Below, one piece after another: positions 37,701 to 46,959 of a stretch of 64,000 bases of DNA. Position numbers and translations under genes: made by a program. The notes below the pieces were generated by a model, which had not been told where the DNA came from, did no database searches, and was given only the letters and a program-made list of their open reading frames with translations. How positions within the stretch are numbered: the first letter of the stretch is position 1; each line of letters starts with the position of its first letter. Origin of the DNA: Dehalococcoidia bacterium (GTDB lineage: Bacteria > Chloroflexota > Dehalococcoidia > Bin125); contig CBDBNA010000012.1 in the NCBI GenBank assembly GCA_965207695.1, forward strand, positions 20,191-84,190. The letters are read 5' to 3'.

Positions 37701-38495
37701 ATGGACCTGGGACTGCGCGGCAAGGTCGCCATCGTGACGGGCGGCAGCGACGGCATCGGCAAGGCGGCGGCGGCGGCGCTGAGCGAGGAGGGGGCGCGGG
37801 TCGCGATCTGCGCCCGGCGGCCCGGCTTCCTCGAGGCGGCGGCGGCGGACATCCGCGCGGCCTCCGGCGGCGAGGTGCTCGCCATCCCCTGCGACGTGAC
37901 GGACGAGGCCCAGGTGCAGTCGATGGTGGCGCGGGTCGTCGCGGAGTGGGGCCGGCTCGACATCCTGGTCAACAACGCGGGCACGTCGGCGGCGGGCAAG
38001 TTCGAGGACGTCAGCAACGAGGTCTGGGTTGGCGACCTGCAACTCAAGCTCTACGGCGCGATCTATTGCAGCCGGGCGGCGCTGCCGCATCTCAAGGCGG
38101 CCGAGGACGGCGGCCGCATCATCAACATCACGACGCACGGCGGCAAGGCGCCGGCGGGCGGGTCGCTGCCGACGTCGGCGGCGCGGGCGGCCGGCCTGGC
38201 CCTGACCAAGGCCATGTCGCGCGACTACGCCCGCGACGGGGTGCTGGTCAACACGGTCTGCATCGGCCTGATCAAGAGCGGCCAGATCCACGCCCGCTTC
38301 GAGCGCATGCGCGAGGACGACCCTTCGCTCACGGCCGAGGGCTACTACGAGCGCCTGGGCTCCGCGATCCCGATCGGCCGGGTGGGCGAGGCGCGCGAGG
38401 CCGGGGACGTGATCTGCTTCCTGGCCTCGGCGCGCGCCAGCTACCTCACCGGCACGTCGGTCAACATCGACGGCGGCGCGTCGCCGGTGGTCTGA
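37701..38495 (+). CDS. SDR-family oxidoreductase
   Basis: 264 aa with TGGSDGIGKA and NNAG. The position of the catalytic Tyr/Lys region is plausible. Confidence 0.85.
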   Translation: MDLGLRGKVAIVTGGSDGIGKAAAAALSEEGARVAICARRPGFLEAAAADIRAASGGEVLAIPCDVTDEAQVQSMVARVVAEWGRLDILVNNAGTSAAGKFEDVSNEVWVGDLQLKLYGAIYCSRAALPHLKAAEDGGRIINITTHGGKAPAGGSLPTSAARAAGLALTKAMSRDYARDGVLVNTVCIGLIKSGQIHARFERMREDDPSLTAEGYYERLGSAIPIGRVGEAREAGDVICFLASARASYLTGTSVNIDGGASPVV

Positions 38496-38511
38496 GCGGC
38501 GCGCCCGGCCG

Positions 38512-39387
38512 TCAGCCCTCGCCGAAGAACTCCAGCAGCGCGGCGGCGGTCTCGTCGGGGGCCTCCTCGGGCAGGAAGTGGCCGCAGGGGATGGCGGCGC
38601 CGCGCAGGTCCGTCGCCCAGCGCCCCCAGACCTCCATCATGCCCTCCCGGCGATCGCCCCGCCGGTCGCCCCAGAGCGCCAGCATTGGGCAGGTGATGCG
38701 ATGGCTCGCGGCCCGATCGGCCGCGTCCAGGTCGCAGTCGATCGTCGCGCCGGCGCGGTAGTCGTCGCAGGTGGCGCGGACCGTCTCGGGGTCGCCGAAG
38801 CTGCGCTCGTAGTCGGCCAGCGCCTCGGGCGCGAAGGCGTCCGAGCCGCTCCAGCGCGCCAGCATGTCGTGCAGGAACGCCAGCGGATCGCCGCCGATCA
38901 GCCGCTCGGGCAGCGGCGCGGGCTGCGCGAGCAGGAACCAGTGGAAGCTGCCCAGCGCGCCCCGCCGGTCGAGGCGCTCGAACTGTTCGAGCGTGGGCAT
39001 GATGTCGAGCGTCGCCAGACGGCGCACGCGGTCCGGGTGGTCCAGAGCCAGCCGGTAGGCGACGCGGCCGCCCCGGTCGTGCCCGGCGAGGTGGAAGCTC
39101 TCGTGCCCGAGGGCGGCCATCAGCTCGACGATGTCGCGGGCCATGGCGCGCTTGGCGTAGTTGGCGGAGCCCTCGCCGCCGGGCGGCTTCGAGCTGCGTC
39201 CGTAGCCGCGCAGGTCCGGCGCGACGACGGTGAACGCCTCCGCCATCTTTGGCGCGACGCGGTGCCACATCGCGTGCGTCTGGGGATAGCCGTGCAGCAG
39301 CGCCAGCGGCGGGCCGTCGCCGCCGACGACCGCGTGGATCTCCGCCCCACCGGTCGCGATGCGGCGCTCCGTGAAGCCCTCGAACAT
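38512..39387 (-). CDS. alpha/beta hydrolase of the haloacetate (fluoroacetate) dehalogenase / epoxide-hydrolase-like subfamily
   Basis: The start is the internal Met (MFEGFTERRIATGGAEIH..), preceded by a ggagg RBS. The N-terminal region HGYPQTHAMWHRVAP..DLRGYGRSSKP, the nucleophile-containing HLAGHDRGGRVAYRLALDHPDRV (Asp nucleophile) and the C-terminal GHFLPEE closely parallel fluoroacetate dehalogenase sequences as I remember them. Confidence 0.65.
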   Translation of the reverse strand: MFEGFTERRIATGGAEIHAVVGGDGPPLALLHGYPQTHAMWHRVAPKMAEAFTVVAPDLRGYGRSSKPPGGEGSANYAKRAMARDIVELMAALGHESFHLAGHDRGGRVAYRLALDHPDRVRRLATLDIMPTLEQFERLDRRGALGSFHWFLLAQPAPLPERLIGGDPLAFLHDMLARWSGSDAFAPEALADYERSFGDPETVRATCDDYRAGATIDCDLDAADRAASHRITCPMLALWGDRRGDRREGMMEVWGRWATDLRGAAIPCGHFLPEEAPDETAAALLEFFGEG

Positions 39388-39577
39388 ATTCCACCTCCCC
39401 GGTCCCGTGCAGAGGCCCCGTGCAGAGGCCCCGTGCAGAGGCCGCATGCAGAGGCAGAGCGTAGCGCCCCGCGCCGCCGGGGGGTGAGACTGACGTCGCG
39501 CCGCAGGCCGTAGACACCCGCCGCGGTCGGTGGGAGCCTGCACCGGGACAGGGCTGATGGCGAACGGAGAGCGAGCG

Positions 39578-40849
39578 ATGACCGACCCGACCGGCGGCGC
39601 GCTGGACGGCATTCGCCTCCTCGACCTGAGCACGCAGCCGGGGCAGTATGCGGGGCGGCTGCTCGCCGACCTGGGGGCCGACACGATCAAGGTCGAGCCG
39701 CCCGGCGGCGACGCGATGCGCCTCGTGGGTCCCTTCGAGGGCGACGCCGTCGGCCCCGAGTCGAGCCTGACCTGGCGCTACTTCAACGCCAACAAGCGCT
39801 CGGTAACCTGCAACCTCGACCTGCCCGGCGGCCGGCGCCTGCTGCGGGAACTCGCGCGCGACGCCGACGTGGTGCTCGAGTCGTACGGGCCGGGCTACAT
39901 GGAGTCGCGCGGCGTGGGCTTCGATGCCCTGCGCGCGGTGCGGCCCGGCCTCGTCTACGTCTCGATCAGCGGCTTCGGGCGGGAGGGGCCGCACGCCGGC
40001 TGGCAGGCGACGGAACTCATCGCGCAGGCGGCCTCGGGCGTGCTGACGCTGTCGGGCGACCCGGCGAGCGCGCCGCAGATGCTGGGCGCGAACCAGGCCT
40101 GCATCACGGCGTCGCTGTCGGCCGCGCAGGGCGCGCTGCTCGCCGTCTTCCACAAGGAGCGGACGGGCGAGGGCCAGCTCGTCGAGGTCTCGATGCAGGA
40201 GGCGCTGTCGATCGCACAGGAGACCGCGATGCAGCAGTGGGACTTCCAGCGCACGTCGCGGGAGCGCCAGGGCGAGATCCCCACGCTGCCCGGCCTGGGC
40301 ACCTACGCGACGCGCGACGGCTACGTCTTCTCGATGGTGGGCGGGCCGGCGGGGGCGTCGTGGTCGGAACTGGTCGATTGGCTGATCGAGGAGGGCGCGG
40401 GGGGAGAGCTGGTCGCCGGGCACGAGGCGGCGTTCCGCGCCTTGAACATGGAGACGGCCGTCCAGGCCCTGCGCAACCCCGCCAAGGCGGCGGAGTTCGG
40501 CGCGCTGATGCCGATCGCGCGGGAGACGCTGGCGGCGTTCTTCGCGACGCGGACCAGCCGCGAGATCTATGAGGAGGGCCAGCGGCGGCGCCTGCTGATC
40601 GGGATGGTTTCGACGCCGAAGGAGCTGATGGAGAGCCCGCAGCTCCGCGCCCGCGATTGGCGGCTGCCCGTCGGGGAGGACGGCGCGGCGGCCGACTTGC
40701 CCGGCCCGCCCTACCGGCTGAGCGCCACCCCGGCGACGGTGCGCCGCGCCGCCCCGGCGATCGGCGAGCACAACCGCGAGGTGTGGCTGGAGGAAGTGGG
40801 CATCGCGCCCGAAGAATTCGAGGCGCTGATGGCGGAGGGGGCGATATGA
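39578..40849 (+). CDS. CoA-transferase family III protein
   Basis: The track ORF starts at 39530; 39557 and 39578 are alternative starts. Contains GIRLLDLSTQPGQYAGRLLADLGADTIKVEPPGG and an active-site region with Glu in place of Asp (ATELIAQAASG). Confidence 0.8.
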   Translation: MTDPTGGALDGIRLLDLSTQPGQYAGRLLADLGADTIKVEPPGGDAMRLVGPFEGDAVGPESSLTWRYFNANKRSVTCNLDLPGGRRLLRELARDADVVLESYGPGYMESRGVGFDALRAVRPGLVYVSISGFGREGPHAGWQATELIAQAASGVLTLSGDPASAPQMLGANQACITASLSAAQGALLAVFHKERTGEGQLVEVSMQEALSIAQETAMQQWDFQRTSRERQGEIPTLPGLGTYATRDGYVFSMVGGPAGASWSELVDWLIEEGAGGELVAGHEAAFRALNMETAVQALRNPAKAAEFGALMPIARETLAAFFATRTSREIYEEGQRRRLLIGMVSTPKELMESPQLRARDWRLPVGEDGAAADLPGPPYRLSATPATVRRAAPAIGEHNREVWLEEVGIAPEEFEALMAEGAI

Positions 40850-42129
40850 CGTCGCAGGGGGGCGGCAAGCGGCCGCTCGACGGCATCCGCGTGGCCGACT
40901 TCTCCTGGTTCGGCGCGGGCCCGATCGTGGGCCGCACGCTGGCCGACTTCGGGGCCGAGGTGGTGCGCATCGAGAGCGAGTACAAGATCGACGCGCTGCG
41001 GCTGACGCAGCCCGTCCCGCCCGACCGGCCCGCGACCTACAACACGGGCGGCTTCTTCAACAACTTCAACGCGGGCAAGCACTCGTTCCTGCTCAACATG
41101 AACGCCGAGGGAGCACGGGCCGTCGCCTACCGCCTGGTGGAGCGCTCCGACGTGTTCCTGACCAACCACACGCCACGGGTCGTCGCGAAGTGGGGGGTGG
41201 ATTACGAGTCGCTGCGGGCGGTCAACCCGCGCATCATCGCCGCCTACCAGCCGATGCAGGGCTCGACGGGGCCGCACAAGGACTTCATCGGCTTCGGGGC
41301 GGTGCTGACGCCGGTCAGCGGGCTCAGCCATCTGAGCGGCGACCCGGCCCGGCCGCCGATCGGCGTGGGCACGAACTACCCCGACTTCACGCTGAACCCG
41401 GGCCACACGATGACGGCGATCCTGGCCGCGCTGCGCCACCGTGAGCGGACCGGCGCCGGCCAGATGGTGGAGCTGGCGCAGATCGAGTCGGTGGCGGCGA
41501 CGCTGGGGCCGGCGCTGCTCGACTACACGGTGAACGGCCGCGTGGCGGCGCGCACCGGCAATCGCTCGCGGGGGATGGCGCCGCACGGCGTGTTCCGCTG
41601 CCGCGACCAGGCGCGGTCGCACCCGGCGGCGGTGGGGCAGGATCCGGACGTGCGCGAGCGCTGGATCGCGATCGCGGTGCGGGACGACGACGAGTGGGCG
41701 GCGCTCTGCGCGGCGGCTCCGGGGTCGGCCTTCGCCGGCGACGCGCGCTTCGCGACCTTCGCCGGGCGCAAGCGACACGAGGACGCGCTGGAGTCGGCGA
41801 TCGCGGGCTGGACGGCGGGGGAGGAGGCGGCGTCGCTGCAGGAGCGGCTGCAAGGCGCCGGCGTGCCGGCGCACCTCGTGCAGGACGCCGAGGACATGCT
41901 GGACCACGACGCGCACCTGCGCGCGCGGGGCTACTACCGGCGCCTGGAGCATCCCGAGACGGGGCTCTCGGCCTACGACGGCCCGGTCGTCGGGCTGGGC
42001 GAGACGCCGGGCGACCTGCGCTGGGCCGCGCCCCTCTTCGGCGAGCACACCTACGAGGTCGCCACGCGCATCCTCGGCTACTCCGACGACGAGGTCTCGG
42101 AGTTGGTCGCGGCGGGCGTCCTGGCGTAG
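40846..42129 (+). CDS. CoA-transferase family III protein
   Basis: 427 aa, with an ATGA overlap with the upstream CoA-transferase. Contains GIRVADFSWFGAGPIVGRTLADFGAEVVRIES and a KDFIGFGAV active-site region. Confidence 0.8.
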   Translation: MTSQGGGKRPLDGIRVADFSWFGAGPIVGRTLADFGAEVVRIESEYKIDALRLTQPVPPDRPATYNTGGFFNNFNAGKHSFLLNMNAEGARAVAYRLVERSDVFLTNHTPRVVAKWGVDYESLRAVNPRIIAAYQPMQGSTGPHKDFIGFGAVLTPVSGLSHLSGDPARPPIGVGTNYPDFTLNPGHTMTAILAALRHRERTGAGQMVELAQIESVAATLGPALLDYTVNGRVAARTGNRSRGMAPHGVFRCRDQARSHPAAVGQDPDVRERWIAIAVRDDDEWAALCAAAPGSAFAGDARFATFAGRKRHEDALESAIAGWTAGEEAASLQERLQGAGVPAHLVQDAEDMLDHDAHLRARGYYRRLEHPETGLSAYDGPVVGLGETPGDLRWAAPLFGEHTYEVATRILGYSDDEVSELVAAGVLA

Positions 42130-42180
42130 GGGGCGCGGCTCTGATCCCCTCTCCCTGGGGAGAGGGTGAGGGTGAGGGGG
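42130..42180. repeat. palindromic hairpin element (REP-like family, locus C)
   Basis: gatcccctctccc-tgg-ggagagggtgagggtgaggggg: the same core and ggtgagggg flank as the other loci. Confidence 0.7.
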
Positions 42181-42183
42181 ACG

Positions 42184-43572
42184 TCACCGTGCGATCGGCG
42201 GCACTTGATAGCCGCCGCTGCACTCGGCGATCCGCGCCGCCAGCCGGATCGTTCGCCGATCCGCGCCGTAGGGGCCCACCACCTGCATCCCGGTTGGCAG
42301 GCCCGAAGCGCCCAGCCCGATCGGCGGCACGGTGGACGGCAGGTAGGCCAAGCCCGTCAACACGGTCCAGCCCGCGATATCGAGAAAGGGGCGTGTCTCC
42401 CCATTGCAGATCACGGTTCGCGTGGCGACGTCGCCCTCGTGATCGTGCGGGAAGGGCGGCACGAAGGCGACGGGCATCAGGATCGCGTCGAAGCGCGCGA
42501 AAAACTCCGCCCAGCGGGATCGGAGCGCCGCGCGGGCGACGTTGAGGTCCAGCCACTCGCGGTGGCTGGGCCCGTCCGCCGTGTCCGGGCGGGAGTGCGA
42601 CATGGCCGCGTCGCCGATCAGCCTGCCGCCCAGGTCGAACGCTTCGCCCGGGTCGAGATCGGGCCGCGCCTCGTGATCGACCTGGACGCCCGACGCCTCC
42701 AACGCGGCGACGGCCGCCCGCGTCACCTCAAGGATCTCGGCATCGATCGAGCAGAACGGATCGTCCAGCCAGGCCGCCACGCGAAGGGTCTGCAGGTCGT
42801 CCGGCGGCGGCGGCAACTCGGCCGTCCAGGGCGGCTCGCGGCGCCGGAGAATTTCGAGCAGCAAGTCCAGGTCCTCGGCCGACCGGGCGATCGGCCCGAA
42901 GACGTTCACGTCGGCTTCGGTCGTGCCGCCCTGCGGGTGATCCAGGTAGCCGCGGGTCGGGATGACGCCGAAGCTCGGCTTGTGTCCGAAGACCCCGCAG
43001 AACGCGGACGGGAGCCGGATCGACCCCCCGATGTCCGTCCCAACTTCGAACGACGTCAGGCCGGCGGCCACCGCGGCGGCGGCCCCGCCGGACGACCCGC
43101 CTGGCACGCGATCGCTGTTCCAGGGGTTGACCGTCGTCCCGAAGATCTCGTTGAACGTCTGGCCATCCCCCGACCAGCGCGGCACGTTCGTCTTGCCGAA
43201 GATGATCGCGCCCGCCTCGCGCAGCGCCCGCACGACGGGGGCGTCGCGCGCGGGGACATTGTCCCGCAGTTCGACCGCCCCGCCCGTCGACCGCATCCCG
43301 GCCGTCTCGATCGCGTCCTTGATCGTCACGGGCAGGCCGTGCAGCGGGCCCAGGTCGTCGCCCCGCGCGACGGCGGCGTCCGCTTCCCGCGCCGCCGCCC
43401 ATGCGCCCTCGAGGTCCAGGGTCACGACCGCGTTCAGGCCCGGATTAATCCGCGCGATCCGCTCCGCGTAGCGCTCGAGCAGATCCGCGCTGCGCAACTG
43501 CCCGGCGCGGATCGCGGCGGCCTGGCGCGTCGCCGGCCACAGGGCGGGGTCGTCCGGCATGAGTTCCCTCAC
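42184..43572 (-). CDS. amidase (amidase-signature family, GatA-like)
   Basis: 462 aa. The amidase-signature stretch GGSSGGAAAAVAAGLTSFEVGTDIGGSIRLPSAFCG contains the Ser-cisSer-Lys triad. Confidence 0.85.
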   Translation of the reverse strand: MRELMPDDPALWPATRQAAAIRAGQLRSADLLERYAERIARINPGLNAVVTLDLEGAWAAAREADAAVARGDDLGPLHGLPVTIKDAIETAGMRSTGGAVELRDNVPARDAPVVRALREAGAIIFGKTNVPRWSGDGQTFNEIFGTTVNPWNSDRVPGGSSGGAAAAVAAGLTSFEVGTDIGGSIRLPSAFCGVFGHKPSFGVIPTRGYLDHPQGGTTEADVNVFGPIARSAEDLDLLLEILRRREPPWTAELPPPPDDLQTLRVAAWLDDPFCSIDAEILEVTRAAVAALEASGVQVDHEARPDLDPGEAFDLGGRLIGDAAMSHSRPDTADGPSHREWLDLNVARAALRSRWAEFFARFDAILMPVAFVPPFPHDHEGDVATRTVICNGETRPFLDIAGWTVLTGLAYLPSTVPPIGLGASGLPTGMQVVGPYGADRRTIRLAARIAECSGGYQVPPIAR

Positions 43573-43589
43573 TTCACCTGCTGAATGGC

Positions 43590-43800
43590 TTCGCGGGCAG
43601 CGTAGCCGCTGCCCCCCTCTGCGTCCCGAACCTCACCCCCTAACCCCCTCTCCATTGCCGAGCAATGGAGAGGGGGGACTCCGATCCCCTCTCCCTGGGG
43701 AGAGGGTTAGGGTGAGGGGGAACCAGCGCCCGCGCCCACGTTCCCCCTCTCCATCGTTCAGATGGAGAGGGGGACAGGGGGTGAGGTCCCGGCGACCGTC
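43590..43800. repeat. cluster of palindromic hairpin elements (REP-like family, locus D)
   Basis: Contains ccctctccattg-ccgag-caatggagagggg; cccctctccc-tgg-ggagaggg; ccctctccatc-gttcag-atggagaggg, plus ggtgagggg / cctcacccc flanks. Confidence 0.8.
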
Positions 43801-45517
43801 ACGCCGTGGGCAGGGCGTCGTACATATCGTGCACGTCGGCGCCGTGGAAGCGGGCGCGCCGGTTGGTGGGCGGCACGGCCTCCTCGTAGAAGAAGGCGGG
43901 CAGTTCGTCGTCGCCGGCCGCGAAGCCGGCCCGACGGTTGAAGTCGCGCTCCTGCCGCAGCGCGCGCTGGCCCAGGCGCTCGAAGAAGCCGGTGTCGAGA
44001 GTGGTGCCGTGCGCGGCGTTGATCGCGTCGGTCAGAAACTCGATGTTGGCGTAGGTGACGCTGCCGCCGAAGACGCACAGCCCCAGCGAATCGACGGCCG
44101 CCACGCGCGTCTGGTGGGCGAGGCTCTGCTCGAGGATCTCGTCGAGCGACATCTCCGTGGTCACGAGGCGGGGCAGGTTGCCGGTCGTGTGGTCGGCGCC
44201 CTGGGCGGTCGCCATCATGGCGACGCCCGTCGCCTCGACGACGCGCGGGTCGTAGGCGCTGATCGCCTGGCGCTTGATCACGGGCACGCGGTGCACGCCC
44301 AGCTGCTCGCCGACGCGGGCCGTGCCCTGCGCCAGGAAGCGGCCCCGCTCGCTGCCCCGCTCGATCTCGTCCATGCAGGCGGTCATGAAGGCCTTGTCGC
44401 CGAACTCCGCCTCGCCGGCCTCCATGAGCACGGCGAGCGTCGCGCCGGTCTCGATCGTGTCGACGCCGAGCTCGTTGGCCAGGGCGTTCATGTCGGCCAG
44501 GTCGTCGGGGTTGCTGAGCCCGCAGTTCGAGCCCAGCAGCGCGAGGGTCTCGTACTCCACGGGCGAGACGACCTCGTTGCCGTCGGCGTCGTTGTAGACG
44601 TTGCTGCACTGGATGAGGCAGCCGGGCATGCAGGCGTGCGACTGGTCGCCGCCGCGCTCGGCGATGAGCGGCGCGATGAACTCGGCGCCCATGCGGAAGG
44701 TCTCGCCGGCCTCGGTGTCGGACAGGCGGCCGGCGCTGAAGTTGTGCACCGGCAGGCCGCCCAGGTAGTTCTGCACGTCGGCCATCGCCATCGTGCCCAG
44801 CGGCTTGTAGGTCGTCTGGATCACCTCGTCGTTCTGCACCTTCTGGGCGTAGCCGCGCACCGACTGGCGCACCTTGGGCGCGTCGCTGAACGGCGGCATG
44901 CGGTCGAGGTCGACGACGACCGCCTTGACGCGCTTCGACCCCATCACGGCGCCGACGCCGCCGCGGGCGGCGAGGCGCGAGGGGCGGCCGTCCTTGTCGC
45001 TGATGGCGATCCCGGCGATCAGCCCCTGGTACTCGCCGACGGGCCCGCAGAGCGCGAAGGCGACCTTCTTGCCGTAGTGCGCGAAGAGCCGTGCCGCGGC
45101 CTCGGAGTTGCGCAGGCCGAGGTAGGGGGAGGCGTCGTCGAACTCGATGCCGCCGTCGCGGGTGAGGTGGACGACGGTCCAGTCGTCGGACGCGCCCAGC
45201 AGCGTGAAGCCCGCGATCTTGAGCTGGCCCATTCCGTATCCCAGCGTGCCGCCGCCGTTGGCTTCCTTGACGCCGCCGGTGAGCGGGCTCTTGCAGCCCA
45301 CGCTCGTGCGGTTGGCGTTCGAGAAGCTCGTGCCGGCGAAGGGGCCGGCGGAGAAGATCAGCGGGTTGCCGGGGCCCAGCGGGTCGACGCGGGCGGCGTC
45401 GCGCTCCAGCAGCGTCTTCGCGATCAGGTAGCGCCCGCAGTAGACGATGTCCTCGCCGTGCAGTTCGCGCGTCGCGACCGTCCGGTCGCCGAGGTCGATG
45501 TCGTGGAATAGCCGCAC
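43799..45517 (-). CDS. aldehyde:ferredoxin oxidoreductase (AOR) family, tungsten/molybdopterin enzyme
   Basis: The track ORF extends to 45748, but the plausible start is the GTG at about 45517 (VRLFHDIDLGDRTVATRELHGE..). AOR N-terminal domain and cofactor-binding regions are present (..CMPGCLIQCS.. Fe-S Cys cluster; ..GLCVFG..), giving a ~572-aa protein. Confidence 0.75.
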   Translation of the reverse strand: MRLFHDIDLGDRTVATRELHGEDIVYCGRYLIAKTLLERDAARVDPLGPGNPLIFSAGPFAGTSFSNANRTSVGCKSPLTGGVKEANGGGTLGYGMGQLKIAGFTLLGASDDWTVVHLTRDGGIEFDDASPYLGLRNSEAAARLFAHYGKKVAFALCGPVGEYQGLIAGIAISDKDGRPSRLAARGGVGAVMGSKRVKAVVVDLDRMPPFSDAPKVRQSVRGYAQKVQNDEVIQTTYKPLGTMAMADVQNYLGGLPVHNFSAGRLSDTEAGETFRMGAEFIAPLIAERGGDQSHACMPGCLIQCSNVYNDADGNEVVSPVEYETLALLGSNCGLSNPDDLADMNALANELGVDTIETGATLAVLMEAGEAEFGDKAFMTACMDEIERGSERGRFLAQGTARVGEQLGVHRVPVIKRQAISAYDPRVVEATGVAMMATAQGADHTTGNLPRLVTTEMSLDEILEQSLAHQTRVAAVDSLGLCVFGGSVTYANIEFLTDAINAAHGTTLDTGFFERLGQRALRQERDFNRRAGFAAGDDELPAFFYEEAVPPTNRRARFHGADVHDMYDALPTA

Positions 45518-45628
45518 CGTGCGCCCCCGTTCCGGCGGCCCGGCGCCCGTCCGGCGGGCGGATCGCGCCGCGCCGCCCAGTCTAGCGAGCGGGCGGCAGC
45601 CGCGGCGCGGCTGGGCTACCGTGGCGTC

Positions 45629-45916
45629 GTGGCGGCCGACGCGATCAACGTGCGAGTGACGCTCTTCGGGACGCTGCGCGGCTTCGCCCCCGAGGGGGCC
45701 GGCGGCGCGATGGACCTGCGCCTGCCCCCGGGCGCGACGATCGCGCAACTGCGCGAGGCCATCGGACTGCCGGCGACGACGGAGATCACGGTCGGCGTGA
45801 ACGGCGCGCAGACCGACGAGACGGCGTCGCTGCGGGACGGCGACCAGGTGATGCTGTTCAACGCGTTGTCCGGAGGGGCTGTCGGTCGGGGCAAATCCCG
45901 CAGCCGCGTGCGATGA
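45629..45916 (+). CDS. MoaD/ThiS-like ubiquitin-fold sulfur-carrier protein with 12-aa extension after the Gly-Gly
   Basis: 95 aa, reading ..VRVTLFGTLRGFAPEG..IAQLREAIGLPA..EITVGVNGAQTDETASLRDGDQVMLFNALSGG followed by AVGRGKSRSRVR. It is divergent from the AOR gene across a ~110-bp intergenic region. Confidence 0.5.
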   Translation: MAADAINVRVTLFGTLRGFAPEGAGGAMDLRLPPGATIAQLREAIGLPATTEITVGVNGAQTDETASLRDGDQVMLFNALSGGAVGRGKSRSRVR

Positions 45917-45990
45917 TTGGGGCCGGCCTGTGTGGCCGTCCGATCGGCAGCAAAAAAAAAATTCTTCGCGAAGGGGGCGGTGGCACAGCC

Positions 45991-46959
45991 ATGATCGATG
46001 AGCAGACGGCGACGACGGTCGCGGGGCTGACGGTGCGGGCGCTGCCCGGCGCGCGCTTCGGGGCGGAGATCACGGGGCTCGACCCCCTGCGGATCGGTGA
46101 GGAGCAGCGGGCCGTCATCTGGGACGCCTACGCCCGGCGGCACGGGCTGCTCTGCTTCTCCTTCGACCGGCTGCTGGAGGCGGACGAGTTGCACGCCCTG
46201 ACGGCCGTGTTCGGAACAAATGAGTTCGCGCCGGGGATGATCAACGGGATCGGCAAGGGCACGCCGAAGGGCGAGGAGCATCTGACCGTCGAGGAGCAGG
46301 TCGCGGCGCTGCGGGCGCGCGGCGAGGATCCCTACCTGGCGTTCATCGGCAACCTGACGCCGGGGACGCTGGAGGCGAAGCCGGTCGACGGCCGCTTCTA
46401 CGGGGAGTGGGAGTGGCACTCGGACATGTCGTACATCGCGGTGCCGCCGACGTTCAGCCTGCTCCACGGCCGCGTCATCCCCGACGAGGGCGGCGACACG
46501 GGCTTCTGCAGCCAGGTGATGGCGGCGCGGGAACTGCCGGACGAGCTGCGCCGGCGGGCCGGGGCGTTGTGGGCGAAGCACGACTCGACCTACGGCAGCA
46601 GCGGCGTGATGCGGGAGGGCATGGACGCCCCGGCGTCGCCGGTGGAGGCGCTGGGCCACGCGCACCCCATCCTGCGCCGCGTGCCCAGCACAGGCGAGGA
46701 GGCGCTGTTCCTCGGCCGGCGCACGAACGGCTACATCGTCGGCCTGCCGCTGGAGGAGAGCGAGCGGCTGCTCGACGAGCTGTGGGCGCACGCGACGCAG
46801 GAGCGCTTCTGCTACCGCCACCGCTGGCGCGCCGGGCAGGTGGTCGTGTGGGACAACCGGATGCTGATGCACATGCGCCACCCGCTCGCGAACGATGACG
46901 TCCGCTTTATGTGGCGGACGCAGACCAAGGGCGAGCCCGTGGTCCCGGCCGGCGGATGA
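45991..46959 (+). CDS. TauD/TfdA-family Fe(II)/2-oxoglutarate dioxygenase
   Basis: 322 aa; ATG at 45991 follows a gaaggggg RBS. Contains WHSDMSY (HxD), a distal His (HMRHP) and a C-terminal R for 2OG binding. Confidence 0.8.
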   Translation: MIDEQTATTVAGLTVRALPGARFGAEITGLDPLRIGEEQRAVIWDAYARRHGLLCFSFDRLLEADELHALTAVFGTNEFAPGMINGIGKGTPKGEEHLTVEEQVAALRARGEDPYLAFIGNLTPGTLEAKPVDGRFYGEWEWHSDMSYIAVPPTFSLLHGRVIPDEGGDTGFCSQVMAARELPDELRRRAGALWAKHDSTYGSSGVMREGMDAPASPVEALGHAHPILRRVPSTGEEALFLGRRTNGYIVGLPLEESERLLDELWAHATQERFCYRHRWRAGQVVVWDNRMLMHMRHPLANDDVRFMWRTQTKGEPVVPAGG

